The position numbers and the translations under genes were made by a program. From Trichinella spiralis (taxonomy: Eukaryota), in the NCBI RefSeq assembly GCF_000181795.1, contig NW_003526946.1, forward strand, positions 423,668 to 487,667: a stretch of DNA of 64,000 nucleotides, read 5' to 3'. Positions 42,818-56,515 of the stretch are shown one piece after another. Position 1 is the stretch's first letter. Every line of letters starts with the position of its first letter. The notes beneath the pieces were generated by a model. That model ran no database searches, was not told where the DNA came from, and worked only from the letters and a program-made list of their open reading frames with translations.

Positions 42818-44093
42818 CTCTGCACAATGGAAACCGTTTCAATCTTAAAGAATGCAATTATATTTTTTGTATCTTCAATGATATACGACATATTTTCCGT
42901 TTTTATTTTAAAATTTATTTAAACGTAAATGCATCCAATTTTATTCCTTTTCCTTCACCCCAAGTCTTTATCTATTCCATGTGAGCATTAGTGGCGGTTT
43001 TTTAGACTTCCAGTTTGGTTAAGTCGTTATCACTACTGTTATGGTGGGAACCTCATAAACGGAAACAACCTTGCACTGAAATTGCAGATCCATAGCATAC
43101 ATGCACACAAGGGTCTAAAAATAGGATTTATGGGCGGTTTTGAAATATGCGAATGTTGAGGGATTATTATTAGTATTAAGAATGAATTTCACAGTAATTA
43201 CACTGCTGAAAGAATTATCTGAAACAGGAAGTGTTTATTTAAATATCGGTAATAATCAAGTACTTTAGTACCTTACTTTAGTAATTAGTAATTATACAAA
43301 AATTTTTTATTGGATGAATTCATTTTAAATAAATTTTAAACTAAAAACACAAAGTATGATATAAGAACATACAAAATAGCATGCGCTAAAATGAAGATAT
43401 GCAAAACATGGTTTTCTCTTAAGTATTTAAGCACCAGTTTTCATTAAATTTAATAAAAAAAAAATTTTCTAATTAACAACCAATTACTATTAAAAATATC
43501 AGGTGATATTAGAAATTAATAATAAGCAATCAAAAATAGATAATAAAAGTTCAAATAAAACAAAAATAAAGATTAATTGAGAAACTGATATCAAATGGTA
43601 TGCAAGTTAAATATTAAAAAAATTAAATGTAACAAAAAACACAACTATTCGTTCTAAAAACAAACATTTATGTTAATTAAGCCTGAAAGCATTTAATTAA
43701 GAAAAGATATTTAAAAATATCCACCACGTACTTAATTATCAATAATTTGGTCACATAACTACTGATAACATTTTTTAAATTGACGTTTATATAAACATGG
43801 CCATGTCAACATCATTTGAGGTTATACAGTTAACACCATGCAATCACAAATGTAACTAAATAGGTAATCAGGAAGAGCAGAACAAATTGTTAAATGTATT
43901 ATGTATAATTTAAATAAACATTTAAGGTTTCAGATAATTCCTGTAGCAATGTGATTAATATAAAATAAATAAAGAACAGTTAACATTAAGATGCATAAAC
44001 ATGAAGGCATGTTACTATATATAAATGAGCAACACAAATAAAAGCAAGCCAGCAAAGAAGGAAATTACGATAATATTCAAATTTCATTAAAAA

Positions 44094-45683
44094 ATGTTCA
44101 TATCAATAATTGTTATTTTGATTTCGGTGAAAACTTGTATTGCACAGGTTGCAACATGTAAAGACGATGGTAACGTCGATGTAGATTGGTACGCTGATTC
44201 AAAACATTATCGCATAAAATACATTTATCAGTAAAAGCGTGAAGTGCAAAGCATCGCTTAAATTAAAAACGTTTGTGCAAAGAAAATTCAATTAATTAAT
44301 TAAGAATGTGACTTATTTGCAATATTCAAAAATATATAAAATTATAGAAGAAGCGTAATCCATTTTCATCAAATTTTTGAATAAAAATTTTTCGTCATCG
44401 CAATGCCTGTTTGCTATAGAATAGTTACATTTTAGGTATTTTGTATATAAGCCCCCAAATGTGTTAAGCTCGAAACTTTTGAAATCAGCAGGAAATCCAG
44501 CTTGGGCTGCTTCTGGAGTAAACATTGATCAAAACGCAGGCCATTCAATAATTAGAACAATGGCAAATTTTGTACAGTACCATGCACAAATTAATGTTCT
44601 GGCATATAGTGACGATCCACCAAACTTGCCTCCTAGAAATGAAAAAAGCAAATCGAAAGGTAATTTTAGATTTGATAAATAAGTAAAACAATAAATTAAA
44701 TTTATGTACTGCTTTCAGGAGTTCTTTTAGTGCGCAGTCCAGCGGATGAAGCTGCGTGGTTTGTACACACAGTTCCTAATTTTCTGGCATATCTTAATGC
44801 TTATTCTTGGCCAGCAGCGGAAACGGCGAAAGGGCATATGTTTTTGTGTGTATCGTTTAACAAAGCTCATTTGAATTCTGTTGGTACGAAAATAATTTTT
44901 TTCATTTCCATAAAATATTATATTACAATTTTGTAACTGTAACTTTTAATGTCCATCAAATGCTTGAATTACATTTATGCATTTGCACTTAATTAATCAG
45001 AAATTTTCAATTTTAAGGTAAAGCAATTCGATACCAAGAACCATACGTGTATGTAAATAATTTGCCTGCTGCAATTTTGAATCAAAATATAGAACTGTCT
45101 AATTTGATAAACGGTATTGACGTTCGAGTAACATCTTTTCTGGCACATGAAACATTTGCAACAAAATCTGTACAAGCTGTGGCAAATATTCAAGCTTTTG
45201 GGAAACATTCAAAATCATTTGCAGGTTATTACTTTTCTATTCAAACATCAAATATCTCTATATGATATTCAATTATTTAGATATGTATGCAAGGATTTTG
45301 AGAAATAGATTTGCCGCAAGCATCATGGTATGGTCACCTGCTGATGCAAGATCGAAATCAATTTGTCGTGGACAACATAAACTTCAAAAAATTACTTCAA
45401 TACAACTCGATGGTGTTCAAGTGAGCCGTGAAGCTGATAGCGCAAAGTGGGCACTAATTGACGGAAAGAACACTGTTTGTTTCACAACAAATGATTATAC
45501 AGTAAATTTTTGATATAAAATCATTTTATAATATATTTTTGAAATATTTCTACAATTTATATCTTTCCATTATTTTAGGCTACTGATAAACGGACTCCCG
45601 GAGCAGCTGTTTGTTTAGAAAATGCTGGTGTTTATAACGCTTTCCGTACAGCAGCACTTAATGTTGAAGCATGCAATAATTGA
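44094..45683 (+). CDS. DNase II family secreted protein, copy G9
   Basis: MFISIIVILISVKTCIAQ signal; SKSKG, ADSAKW; TGA 45681-45683; flanks duplicate those of G5. Confidence 0.9.
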
Positions 45684-47259
45684 TTCTCAATGGTTCTAAC
45701 TTTTATTCTCTTTTGTGGTTTGTGAAAATTATCTAGCATTTTAATTTTCTTTCATTTTTATTATTTGAAAATATGAATCTTATTTTAAATTATAATGGCT
45801 TTTTAAATGTTTGGGATTTTTAAATTTTTGTCAACTTTTGAAAATAAAACATCTATTTTATATTCACAAGTTTTTAAATGAACTGTTACTACCAAAAGAA
45901 TTTTGTGTTTTTTACTATCTCATCTGCTTGAAGCTGCAATACAAATTGAAATTTATATATTTCAGGTAAATTATTTCCGCTTTTTTTATTATGAGTTTAT
46001 TTTGCATCTGTGAAATAATTATAAATACTGCCTATTTTCATCTTAATTTTGGTTTAGGCATTCAGTATTTGTTTGAAGTAGTAAATAATTCACTAAGAAA
46101 TTGCAGAAATATCCCCCTACTGTTCAGATTTAATAATGAAATTTTACTAGCATCATTTTGAAGGATATGCTTTATTTGCAATGTATTCTACCAAAACAGT
46201 GCCGTGTTACGAGACTGGCATAATAATGTTCATCCTGAACAACTTTGTATGTTAAGCTTTACTTACATAATACGCTTCAGTGTTTTAATAACAATTATTA
46301 ATAAATTAAGTAGTTAATTGACAGCTTACTTATTTAATGGTGTAAATACTTCTATTATGTGCAATTAATGTATATATCTTCCTTATCTAATATACTTGTA
46401 ATCACGTATATTTGAATTTCAATTAAAGATGCTCATTAAAAATTCAAGGACTAAGTAATTGAAAATGAAGTATATGGAGATCTATTATTTATGTTTAACA
46501 AAACTAATGAACATGCCTGCTAAATTCTATTCCTTTATAATTAATCGGCATTCCGTTTTATTTCGAACTTCACTTTTTCAACAAACCTATTTCCACAACA
46601 AACCTGTCATTTCTTTAAGTTTATTTAAACTTTTTATTTTAATTTGCATTTAATTTTGTTTCATGTTTTCAGATATTTCAGGACCACAATCTTTGCTTGC
46701 TTGCGCAACATTTGAATTAACCTCTTAAAAAATTAAGCTGAATTGAACAGTTAAAACAGACGTCCATGTTTGATGGTTATATTGATACACATCTTGCACT
46801 TCCACACATGTTCTGGGCCAGTTGCCAGAACGTTATTTCTTACATAAAGAGCTTGTTGTTTTGATTTTAGAATTGTATCTTCATTTGTGTTTCATATTTA
46901 TTGAGAAGTTTATATCTTTTAATATAAAATTCAGCAAAACACGAATTTATCATATTAATTTTGTAATTTGATTTTATAATGTAAAATCAAATTTGAATTA
47001 CATAACCTCAAATTTTATAATTTAAGTAACGGCAAAGAATGCGACGCATGATATTCATTTCATATCACTTAAAATAAGATGCTACAATAAACAAAATACT
47101 GTTACATCATACCATCATTTATTTTTTCATAGATACATAACAGATTTTAAATGATTTGTTGATGTGCAATCAACTTATATGACTTAAATAAAAAACTGAT
47201 ATCATGAATGATAATTTAATATTATAGGAAAGATGACGCTGATATACAAGAAACAAAAA

Positions 47260-48850
47260 TTATTTATTGCATGCTTCAACATTAAGTGCTGCTGTACGGA
47301 AAGCGTTATAAACACCAGCATTTTCTAAACAAACAGCCGCTCCGGGAGTCCGTTTTTCAGTAGCCTAAAATAATAGAAAGATATAAACTGTGGAAATATT
47401 TCAAAAATATATTATAAAATGATTTTATATCAAAAATTTACTGTATAATCATTTGTTGTGAAACAAACAGTGTTCTTTCCGTCAATTAGTGCCCACTTTG
47501 CGCTATCAGCTTCACGGCTCACTTGAACACCATCAAGTTGTATTGAAGTAATTTTTTGAAGTTTATGTTGTCCTTTGCAAATTGATTTTGATCTTGCATC
47601 AGCAGGTGACCATACCATGATGCTTGCGGCAAATCTATTTCTCAAAATCCTTGCATACATATCTAAATAATTGAATATCATATAGAGATATTTGATGTTT
47701 GAATAGAAAAGTAATAACCTGCAAATGATTTTGAATGTTTCCCAAAAGCTTGAATATTTGCCACAGCTTGTGCAGATTTTGTTGCAAATCTTTCATGTGC
47801 CAGAAAAGATGTTACTCGAACGTCAATACCGTTTATCAAATTAGACAGTTCCATATTTTGATTCAAAATTGCAGCAGGCAAATTATTTACATACACGTAT
47901 GGTTCTTGGTATCGAATTGCTTTACCTTAAAATTGAAAATTTCTGATTAATTAAGTGCAAATGCATAAATGTAATTCAAGCATTTGATGGACATTAAAAG
48001 TTACAGTTACAAAATTGTAATATAATATTTTATGGAAATGAAAAAACTTATTTTCGTACCAACAGAATTCAAATGAGCTTTGTTAAACGATACACACAAA
48101 AACATATGCCCTTTCGCCGTTTCCGCTGCTGGCCAAGAATAAGCATTAAGATATGCTAGAAAATTAGGAACTGTGTGCACAAACCACGCAGCTTCATCCG
48201 CTCCACTGCGCACTAAAAGAACTCCTGAAAGCAGTACATAAATTTAATTAATCTTTTTAGTTATTTATCAAATCTAAAATTACCTTTCGATTTGCTTTTT
48301 TCATTTCTAGGAGGCAAGTTTGGTGGATCGTCACTATATGCCAGAACATTAATTTCTCTCTGGAACTGTACAAAACTTGCCATTGTTCTAATTATTGAAT
48401 GGCCTGCGTCTCGATCAATGTTCGCCCCAGAAGCAGCCCAAGCTGGATTTACTGCTGATTTCAAAATTTTGGAGCTTAACACATTTGGAGGCTTATATAC
48501 AAAATACCTAAAATGTAACTATTGTATAGCATATAGGCATTGCGATGACGAAAAATTTTAATTCAATATTCTATGAATGTGGATAACTTTTTTTTATAAT
48601 TTTACGTATTTTTAAATAATGAAAATAAGTTAAATTCTTAAGTGATTAATTGAATTTTCTATGTATAAAAGCTTTTAGTTTAAGCGTTTTTTTGTACTTA
48701 ACGTTTTGATGGGAAAATGTACTTTAAGAAGTTATGTTTTTAATCAGCGTACCAATCTACATTGTTGCCACCATCGTCTTTGCAAGTTGCAACCTGTGCA
48801 ATACACGTTTTTAATGAAATAAATATAAAAATTAGTGCTGTGAACATCAT
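47260..48850 (-). CDS. DNase II family secreted protein, copy G10
   Basis: MMFTALIFIFISLKTCIAQ signal; SKSKG, ADSAKW; convergent with G9; flanks duplicate those of G7. Confidence 0.9.
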
Positions 48851-49784
48851 TTTAATAAAAGTTGAATATTATCGTAATTACCTTCTTCGCTGTGTTTGCT
48901 TTTATTTGAGTTGCTCATTTATATATAGCAACATGTCTTTATGTTTATGTTTGATAATGTATGCAGCTATTTATTTATTTGACATAAATTACATTGGTGC
49001 CATTATTATCTGATGCATCATATGTTTATTTAAATTAGGCCTTATGAGCTGAGCAATTTGTTTTCTGCTACCTATTTACTTATTCAGTTGCATTGCTATT
49101 ACATGATGTTGCTGCATAATCTATATTGATATTGACAAAACTTTGTTTATATGAATTTCAATTAAAAGTATCATATTACTAATTCCATAATAAAATTATT
49201 GATGTTTGATTATTGATTCTGAAATTTCAGGAATTCATTTCTCAATTCTCATTCATTTCTCAACTTGCTTGTATATGCTTGGAATGGCTCTGAAAATTTT
49301 GAGAAACTGCCTATTCTTGTACTATAATTGCATATGAAAAACGTAACTGCACTCTCAACTCCCTTTGCCAATTATGTTAGGTTAGTAATTCAAAATTGCA
49401 TCAAGTTAAATCACTGGCAATGTACAAATTTTTGTTTGGTAAAATAATGCGTTTAGTTTACTTTAATAATTAGAAACATTTGAATTTAAAAAATGCACGT
49501 TTCAAATCAGCTACTAAAATCAGTCATACATATCAGTAAACATGAATAAGAATGACTTGTTTTCATAATAACTAAATTTCAATTAACTCAGACAAGGTTC
49601 TACAATTAACTTCAATTAATTCAAATCTGTTTTGGGTCTACAATCACCAGATTGTGCTAAAATCATAGAACTCTTAAAAGTTATACATGCCATTGCTTTA
49701 CTTAAATATTACAGTTATATAGTGTATTAGAATTTAATCAACTTAATTTTTACATTTTTTATTTCCAGCAGACATGTGTGCAAG

Positions 49785-49943
49785 AGCAAGAGCGTTAATT
49801 TTTTATCATTGGTGATAAAATCAGCCCTTGTTCTTGACGTTGAATGGTGCTACTCAACTACGCAAAAACTCCTGTGGAGCACTTGGCCCTAATTTCATAA
49901 TTCTTATGTTTCACTCATTTGTGGACTTGTGTACAAAACACCT
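49785..49943 (-). pseudogene. Degenerate DNase II exon-2 relic
   Basis: Minus strand reads CFVHKSTNE*NIRIMKLGP... and HSTSRTRADFITND, matching exon 2 but with a stop and indels. Confidence 0.6.
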
Positions 49944-51148
49944 TTACATATAGGACGCGATTTAAATAAAACTGCTTAAATGCATTAATCGAAAGTTGTC
50001 CTCGTGTAATAAATAAAAATATGATGATTTTAGAAAGCTTGTTATGTACTGTATATTATATTGCTGAATGCTTTTCAGCAGCTTGCATTATTAATCAGTT
50101 CACGAGTTTTAATTAGCATTGCTATTTGCATTGCATACTGCAAAATCATATTTTTGCAGTGATGCCTTACAGCAAAGTCAAAATGCTACTGTTTTCATGT
50201 TCCAGAATCTAGATGAATAAGAAATTATGTTCATGATTTGCTATAGCACAAACGAATTAATGCACATTGTTTATCAGTGCATAAAAATCTATTCATACTT
50301 TTATGAAAGAAAACATTTTCATTAATTTGTTCAGTGTGCTTTTAGCTGAATTGCTTACTTAAACAAAAAGAGATCAAATCAGCTATCTATATGCTCAAAC
50401 AAATTATTGTTTGCAAGATGTCATAAATTTAAGTTATTCTAAAGAATGGAACATTCTTGCTTCAGAAATGACGCAGCATATAATTAATATGAATAACAAA
50501 TATGCCTATTAAATTTAACTTTCCTTTATTTTATTTACTATTTTATTCATTTATTTATACTTTACTAGCATGTCATATTAAATTTCTTAATTGATTTTCA
50601 AACGAATGTAAATTAAACATCTCTCATATTACAGATTACTCATTATTATATGATTATTACAGAAAAATGAGCTATTAATTTGAATTAAATATGGAGAACA
50701 TTACACTGCACTGCATAATAAATACCGCAGTTTTGATTTTACGATAAAAAATATATTTTGCATTCTTCAATAAAAGTTATTTTTAGAGTGCAGAATTAAT
50801 CACAGCACTGATGTTGAATACTGTTTAGCACACAGTTGGGTTTTATTCCAAAATTCACTTGAACATTAATGTAACCTATAATAAACTTCATTTTAAACAA
50901 TTACATTAAAATGAGTAAAAATATGAATCTTCTGAAAATTTGTTTTGATTCCACTTACGCACGCACAATACAGTTCTCCATAGTTCATACAGAATGAATT
51001 AGAAAAATACGTAAAAAAGTATGACAAAAATGTGGAACAGAAATTGAATACTTTATTCAAAGTTCATCAAAGTCAAAAGGGCAGAATGCAAATCCCTGAA
51101 TGATTTAATTCACTTAAGTCAAAAGAACGCTAATTGAGTTTTAAAGAA

Positions 51149-52774
51149 TTATTTAGTGCAATCTTCAGTATTAAAAGCAGCTGCAGTAAAAGCAGTATAA
51201 ACACCAGCATTCTCCAGGCAAACAGCTGCACCTGGCATTTGCTTTTCATTCATCTAGAAAAAAGCAAATTATGAAGTATACATATAAAGCAAAATTATGA
51301 ATTTCTTTATCTCTGACAACTTACTTTATAATCATTTGTTGTAAGGCAAACGATATTTTTTCCATCAACCACTGCCCACCTTGCGCTATCAGCTTCACGG
51401 CTCACTTGACTACCAGCCAACTGCATTGGCGAAGCAACTTTTCGAAGTTGATATTGTCCTTTGCAAATTGATTTTGATCTTGTATCAGAAAGTGCCCATA
51501 TTCTTATGCTAGCTGATAATTTCTTTTTCAAAACTTTTGCATAAATATCTAAAAAAATTGTATTCCATGCTGTTATTTTAGATACTTCTTGCATTTTTGC
51601 AGAAACTCAATTACCTGAAAATGATTTTGTGTGTTTTCCGAATGCTTCTATATTTGCAGCAACTTGAGATGCTTTTGTTGTAAATTTTGCATGTTCCAAA
51701 AAAGGTGTTACTCGAATCTCAACTCCAGTTGCCAAATTTGATAGTTCTATATGCTGGCTCAAAATTGCAGCAGGCATATTATTCGCATATACATATGGTT
51801 CCTGGTATCGAATTACCTTAGCTAAAAATTAGTCGTTACTTGACTGCTAGAACAAAAATTAAATTCGAAATTATGAGTTGATTATAAATGAACATTGAAA
51901 ATTACAATTATGAACTTTTTCAAGTTATGTTTAATTAATGTATAACATTGATAAGAAAAGTTTCACTTTCATACCGACTGAATTTAAATGAGCTTCATTG
52001 AGCGACAAACACAAAAACATGTGTCCTTTTGCTGTTTCCTCTGCTGGCCAAGAATAACCACCAAGATGTGCCAAAAAATTAGGCACAGTGTGCACAAACC
52101 ATGCTGCTGCGTCATTTGCTCTATTGTCAACTAAAAGTACTCCTAAAAAACAACACATGCATTTATTTTGCTTGGGCATTGTTTTCATAAACTTTGCAGA
52201 AGTTATTCAAATTCAGAATAACCTTTGGCTTTGCTTTTTTCATTTCTTGGAGGCAAGTTTGGTGGATCATCACTGTATGCAAGAACATTGATGTTTCCGT
52301 TGTTTGCTACGAAATCTGCCATTGTTGTTCTTACTGAATGGCCTGCATCGCTATCTATAGTTGCTCCAGAATTACTCCAAGTTGGATTTCTTTCTGATTT
52401 TATAATTTTTGTGTCTAAGAGATTTGGTGGTTTGTATACAAGAAACCTTAAAATATGAATATTATGTAAAAGAGAACAACTATGCAAGTTGTTAAAGTAT
52501 TTTTTTTTAATTTTAGTAATTTATATATTGATACTTTTCAAATTTCTCACAACTGAACTTCTTTATTATAAGGTTAAATTTCTAATTATTGCATTTTAAT
52601 TATTTAACCGTTCATTTTGCATATAACGTTCTGATAATAATATGCAATTCAGAAGTCAAATGTTTTCTTAGCTTACCAATCTAAATCTGCATTTCTATCG
52701 TCTTTACATATGGCAACCTGCGCCACAGAATTTTTCAATGAAATCATGATAACAATTACTGTTGTGAACAACAT
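51149..52774 (-). CDS. DNase II family secreted protein, copy G11
   Basis: MLFTTVIVIMISLKNSVAQ signal; SKAKG, WFVHTVP, ADSARW. Confidence 0.9.
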
Positions 52775-53791
52775 TTTTAAATACTTTGGATATTTCAGTA
52801 ATTTTGTTTCTTACATAGTTTCTTTCATTTATGCTGCTCTTTTATATTCATGAATATATCGTTATACTTGCATGATAATGTTTATTGTTATCTGTTTATT
52901 TTATATTAGTTACTGTGCTGTGAAAATAAAGTTAAACTGGAAATGTTTATTTAAATAAGGCATAATGATTTAATTGTTAATATACTGCATACTTGTTTAA
53001 TGGGATATTAAGTGTTTAATGTTTAATATTAAATATTAAAGTATAGTAGGTGTAAGTGATGTATCTATCTACCACTTTGTCAATACTTACTGGAACATGT
53101 GTATTAAAATTTTGATTAAAAGAAAATTATTTCTAAGGCTAAAACAATATAGTTGAAAGTGAATTATGCGAGTAACGTTTTTTGATAATTTTTTGCACTT
53201 TTGAATGCTTTTTAAAATAAGATGGCTGCTCTGGTTTTGTTAACATGGATAATAACAATGCACCTATATTTAACTAGCATGCAATTTTATATCACAATTT
53301 TCGACTCATCCGTAGCGTAATTTTATTTGAAGTTTAATAATCTATCTTTTACTACTTATTATTAATTTCCAATTTAATGAGATATTTCATAATAAATCAT
53401 AAATAAATTAATGCTTAATTTCAAGTACTTCCACTACTTCACACAATGAAAACAGTTTAAATTTTAAAGAAAACTCTTTTCGCATCTTCAATGAAGCGCG
53501 CGCTTTTTTGAATTTTTATATGACCTATTTTCTGCTTTTATTTAAAAATTTATCAAAACGTAAATACATCCAGTTTCAAATTTTATTTTAAATATTAACA
53601 CAAAGAATGAATAAAAAGCAATGTGAATTTAGAATTACACTGCATTCATAAAAATTTCGTAAGTGATGCGAAAAGGGGAGTAAAACAAAAATATGGAACG
53701 AAGATTGTATATTCAAATCAGAATTCATTACTGTCAAAAGTACAGAAGATAAATCCCTGAACCAACAGAAAACTTCTTCAGTTTTAAAGAA

Positions 53792-55404
53792 TTATTTACT
53801 TCAAGCCTCAACATTAAATGCTGCTGCAATAAAGGCGTTATAAACACCAGCATTCTCCAGGCAAACAGCTGCACCCGGAATCTGCTTTTCACTCATCTAA
53901 ACAAAAACAAATTATAAAGCATGTACATAAAACAAAATTATGAATTTCTTTAACTCCGACAAGTTACTTTATAATCATTAGTTGTAAAACAAACGGTGTT
54001 CTTTCCGTCAATTAGTGCCCACTTTGCGCTATCAGCTTCACGGTTTACTTGACTACCAGCCAACTGCATTGGAGAAACAATTTTTCGAAGTTGATATTGT
54101 CGATTACAAATTGATTTCGATCTTGTATCTGAAGGTGCCCATACTCTGATGCTTGCTGCAAATTTATTTCTCAGAACTCTTGCATACATATCTAAAGAAT
54201 TTCATGTGATACAATCATTTTAGATATGAAATAAAATTACCTGCAAATGATTTTGAGTGCTTCCCGAAAGCTTGAATATTTGCAACTGCATGAGCTGCTT
54301 TTGTCGTAAATTTTGCATGCTCCAAAAAAGGCGTTATTCGAACAATGGGCGTCCACTCCATTTACCAAATTAGACAGCTCCATACATTGATTCAAAATTG
54401 CAGCAGGTAAATTATTTGCATATATATATATATATATATATATATGGTTCTTGATATCGAATTGCTTTTGCTAAAAAAATCTTTTATTAATTAACCAGAA
54501 GACGTGCAAAATTATGTTTACAAAACAGTAAATATATTTAATAGATTAATAAGAGTAATCATATCATACTGACTAAATTCAAATGGGCTTCAGTAAAAAA
54601 TACACACAAAAGCATGTGCCCTTTTGTCGTTTCTGAGGGAAGTCAGGAATAACCACCAAGATGTGCCAAAAAATTCAACACAGTGTGCACAAATTATGCT
54701 GTTGCGTCAGTTCCTGTATTGTGAACTAAAAGTACTCCTATAACAAAAATGTGTATTTATTTTGTTTTGGTATTTTTTTAATCATCAACTTTAGAATAAC
54801 CTTTGGTTCTGCTTTCTTCATTTCGTAGCGACAAATTTGGTGGATCATTACTGTATGCAAGAACTTTGATGTTCATGTAGTTTGCTATGAAACTAGCCAT
54901 TGTTGCAAATACTGAATGGCCTCTGCATTTATCGATAGCCTGAATGAACTCAAACTGAATTTGCTGCTGATTTTAATAGTTTTGTACTTAACACATTTGG
55001 AGGTTTGTATTAAAAAAACCTTAAATGTGAATAATTCTGTAACTATGGCTCATGATGAAGAACAGAAAAGCATTTATTCAAAGTGTGTTAATATCAATGA
55101 TCGTTTTTATTAATTTCCTACCACTCTTAAATTCTTAAATTACAAATTAAAATAATTATTCAATTAAATTACATTCTTAAATTACATTACAGTTAAATTC
55201 TTAGATTAGTAATTGCATTTCAAATATTTCAGATTTTTAATTGTTTTACATGAATCTCTTTAAAAATAAAATGAATTTTCACAAGCATTTGCATTAGTAA
55301 GCTTACCAATCTACATCAATCTTACCGTCATGCTTGCAAGTTGAAACCTGTGCAGTACAACTTTTCAATGAAATCAAAATAAAAATTACCGCTGTGAACA
55401 CTAT
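53792..55404 (-). pseudogene. DNase II pseudogene (G12)
   Basis: No ATG at the start position (ATA GTG), TAA near the start of exon 2, YSW->YS* in exon 3, (TA)n expansion and 7-nt insertion in exon 4, last Cys codon is TGA. Confidence 0.9.
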
Positions 55405-56515
55405 TTCAATGAATTTTGATATTTTAATAATGTTTCTTTTTATACACTTCCATTTATGTTGCGCATTTACATGTAGAACTCAATCACTATGTTTGCACTG
55501 GTAATGTTAAAGCGTATTTATTTATTGCATATTATTGTATATATTGTATATTAATTACAGTTCTGAAACAATTATTTAAAGATAAAATATTTATTTAAAT
55601 AGAAATGTGAACATATGGAGTTGAGTTATTGCTTACTTAATTAGTTGTACTAATACTTACTTGCTTCATGCACTTTTAATGAATCCACATTATTTCGTCT
55701 TAAGATTGATGTAATCATGAATGCCTTAACTTCAAATAAAAGTTACTTTCTCAAATTTGAGAACAGAATAATTAAAAATAAAGTTTAGTGATAGAATTTA
55801 TGTTAAATTCTTCTACTTTCGAATACTTTCAACAATTATTTAAGAAAAACATGCATATTGCTTCTTATCAAAAAACATCGTGCTTGCCGAATTCCACGTG
55901 CCAATATAACTTGTCATGCAATTATATGCAAAATTTTATTTTCTTCAGTTATTAAATTTTTTTATCATTAAATTATTATTTTATTTTATTTCTTAAATTT
56001 GATTTCATGCAAACAAGCATTTTATATTCGTTGTATTTATTTTTATTTTATGAATTCACCTAACATTTCATGACGTGTTTTCGCACTACGGTAGTGTATT
56101 TAAAATATTCCATTGCAATGCACAATGAAAGCTAAGTTAAAAATTTGCCATTAATCTTACATTGGTATTTCGTCAGTTCAGCTATTTACATAGCAATGTC
56201 TAGAACTGCATTACTGAGAAACGTAGTCTTAATACATTTAGTTCAATATTATGACGAATATACATTTTATGTAATGCATATTTTTCCATTTTAAAATATG
56301 AAAATCAGTTAACAATATTATTTCCTTCCGTATTAAACATTACAATGAAGTATTTTTCACATTTGGTACCAACGCAGTTTATTCAAAAACCATTATTATG
56401 AAGGAGGTAATTTGTAATTTCCAATATTGAAAGTGAAAGAAAATGAAAAATGAAAAGGAAAAGAAAATTTTTTTACTTCACAAAAAACACAAACTGGCAT
56501 TATAGTTATCACAAA

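Larger units (their letters stand above)
43330..49210 (+). repeat. Segmental duplicate of ~28520-38660 lacking ~31476-35719
   Basis: 45684-46300 matches 30859-31475 and 46301 onward matches 35720 onward, almost base for base; upstream flanks also align. Confidence 0.85.

Noticed and set aside
35878..46653. Two near-identical 64-aa ORFs (35878, 46459) and antisense ORFs repeated over DNase II exons
   Set aside because: Recurrence is explained by segmental duplication and antisense shadows, not independent genes.
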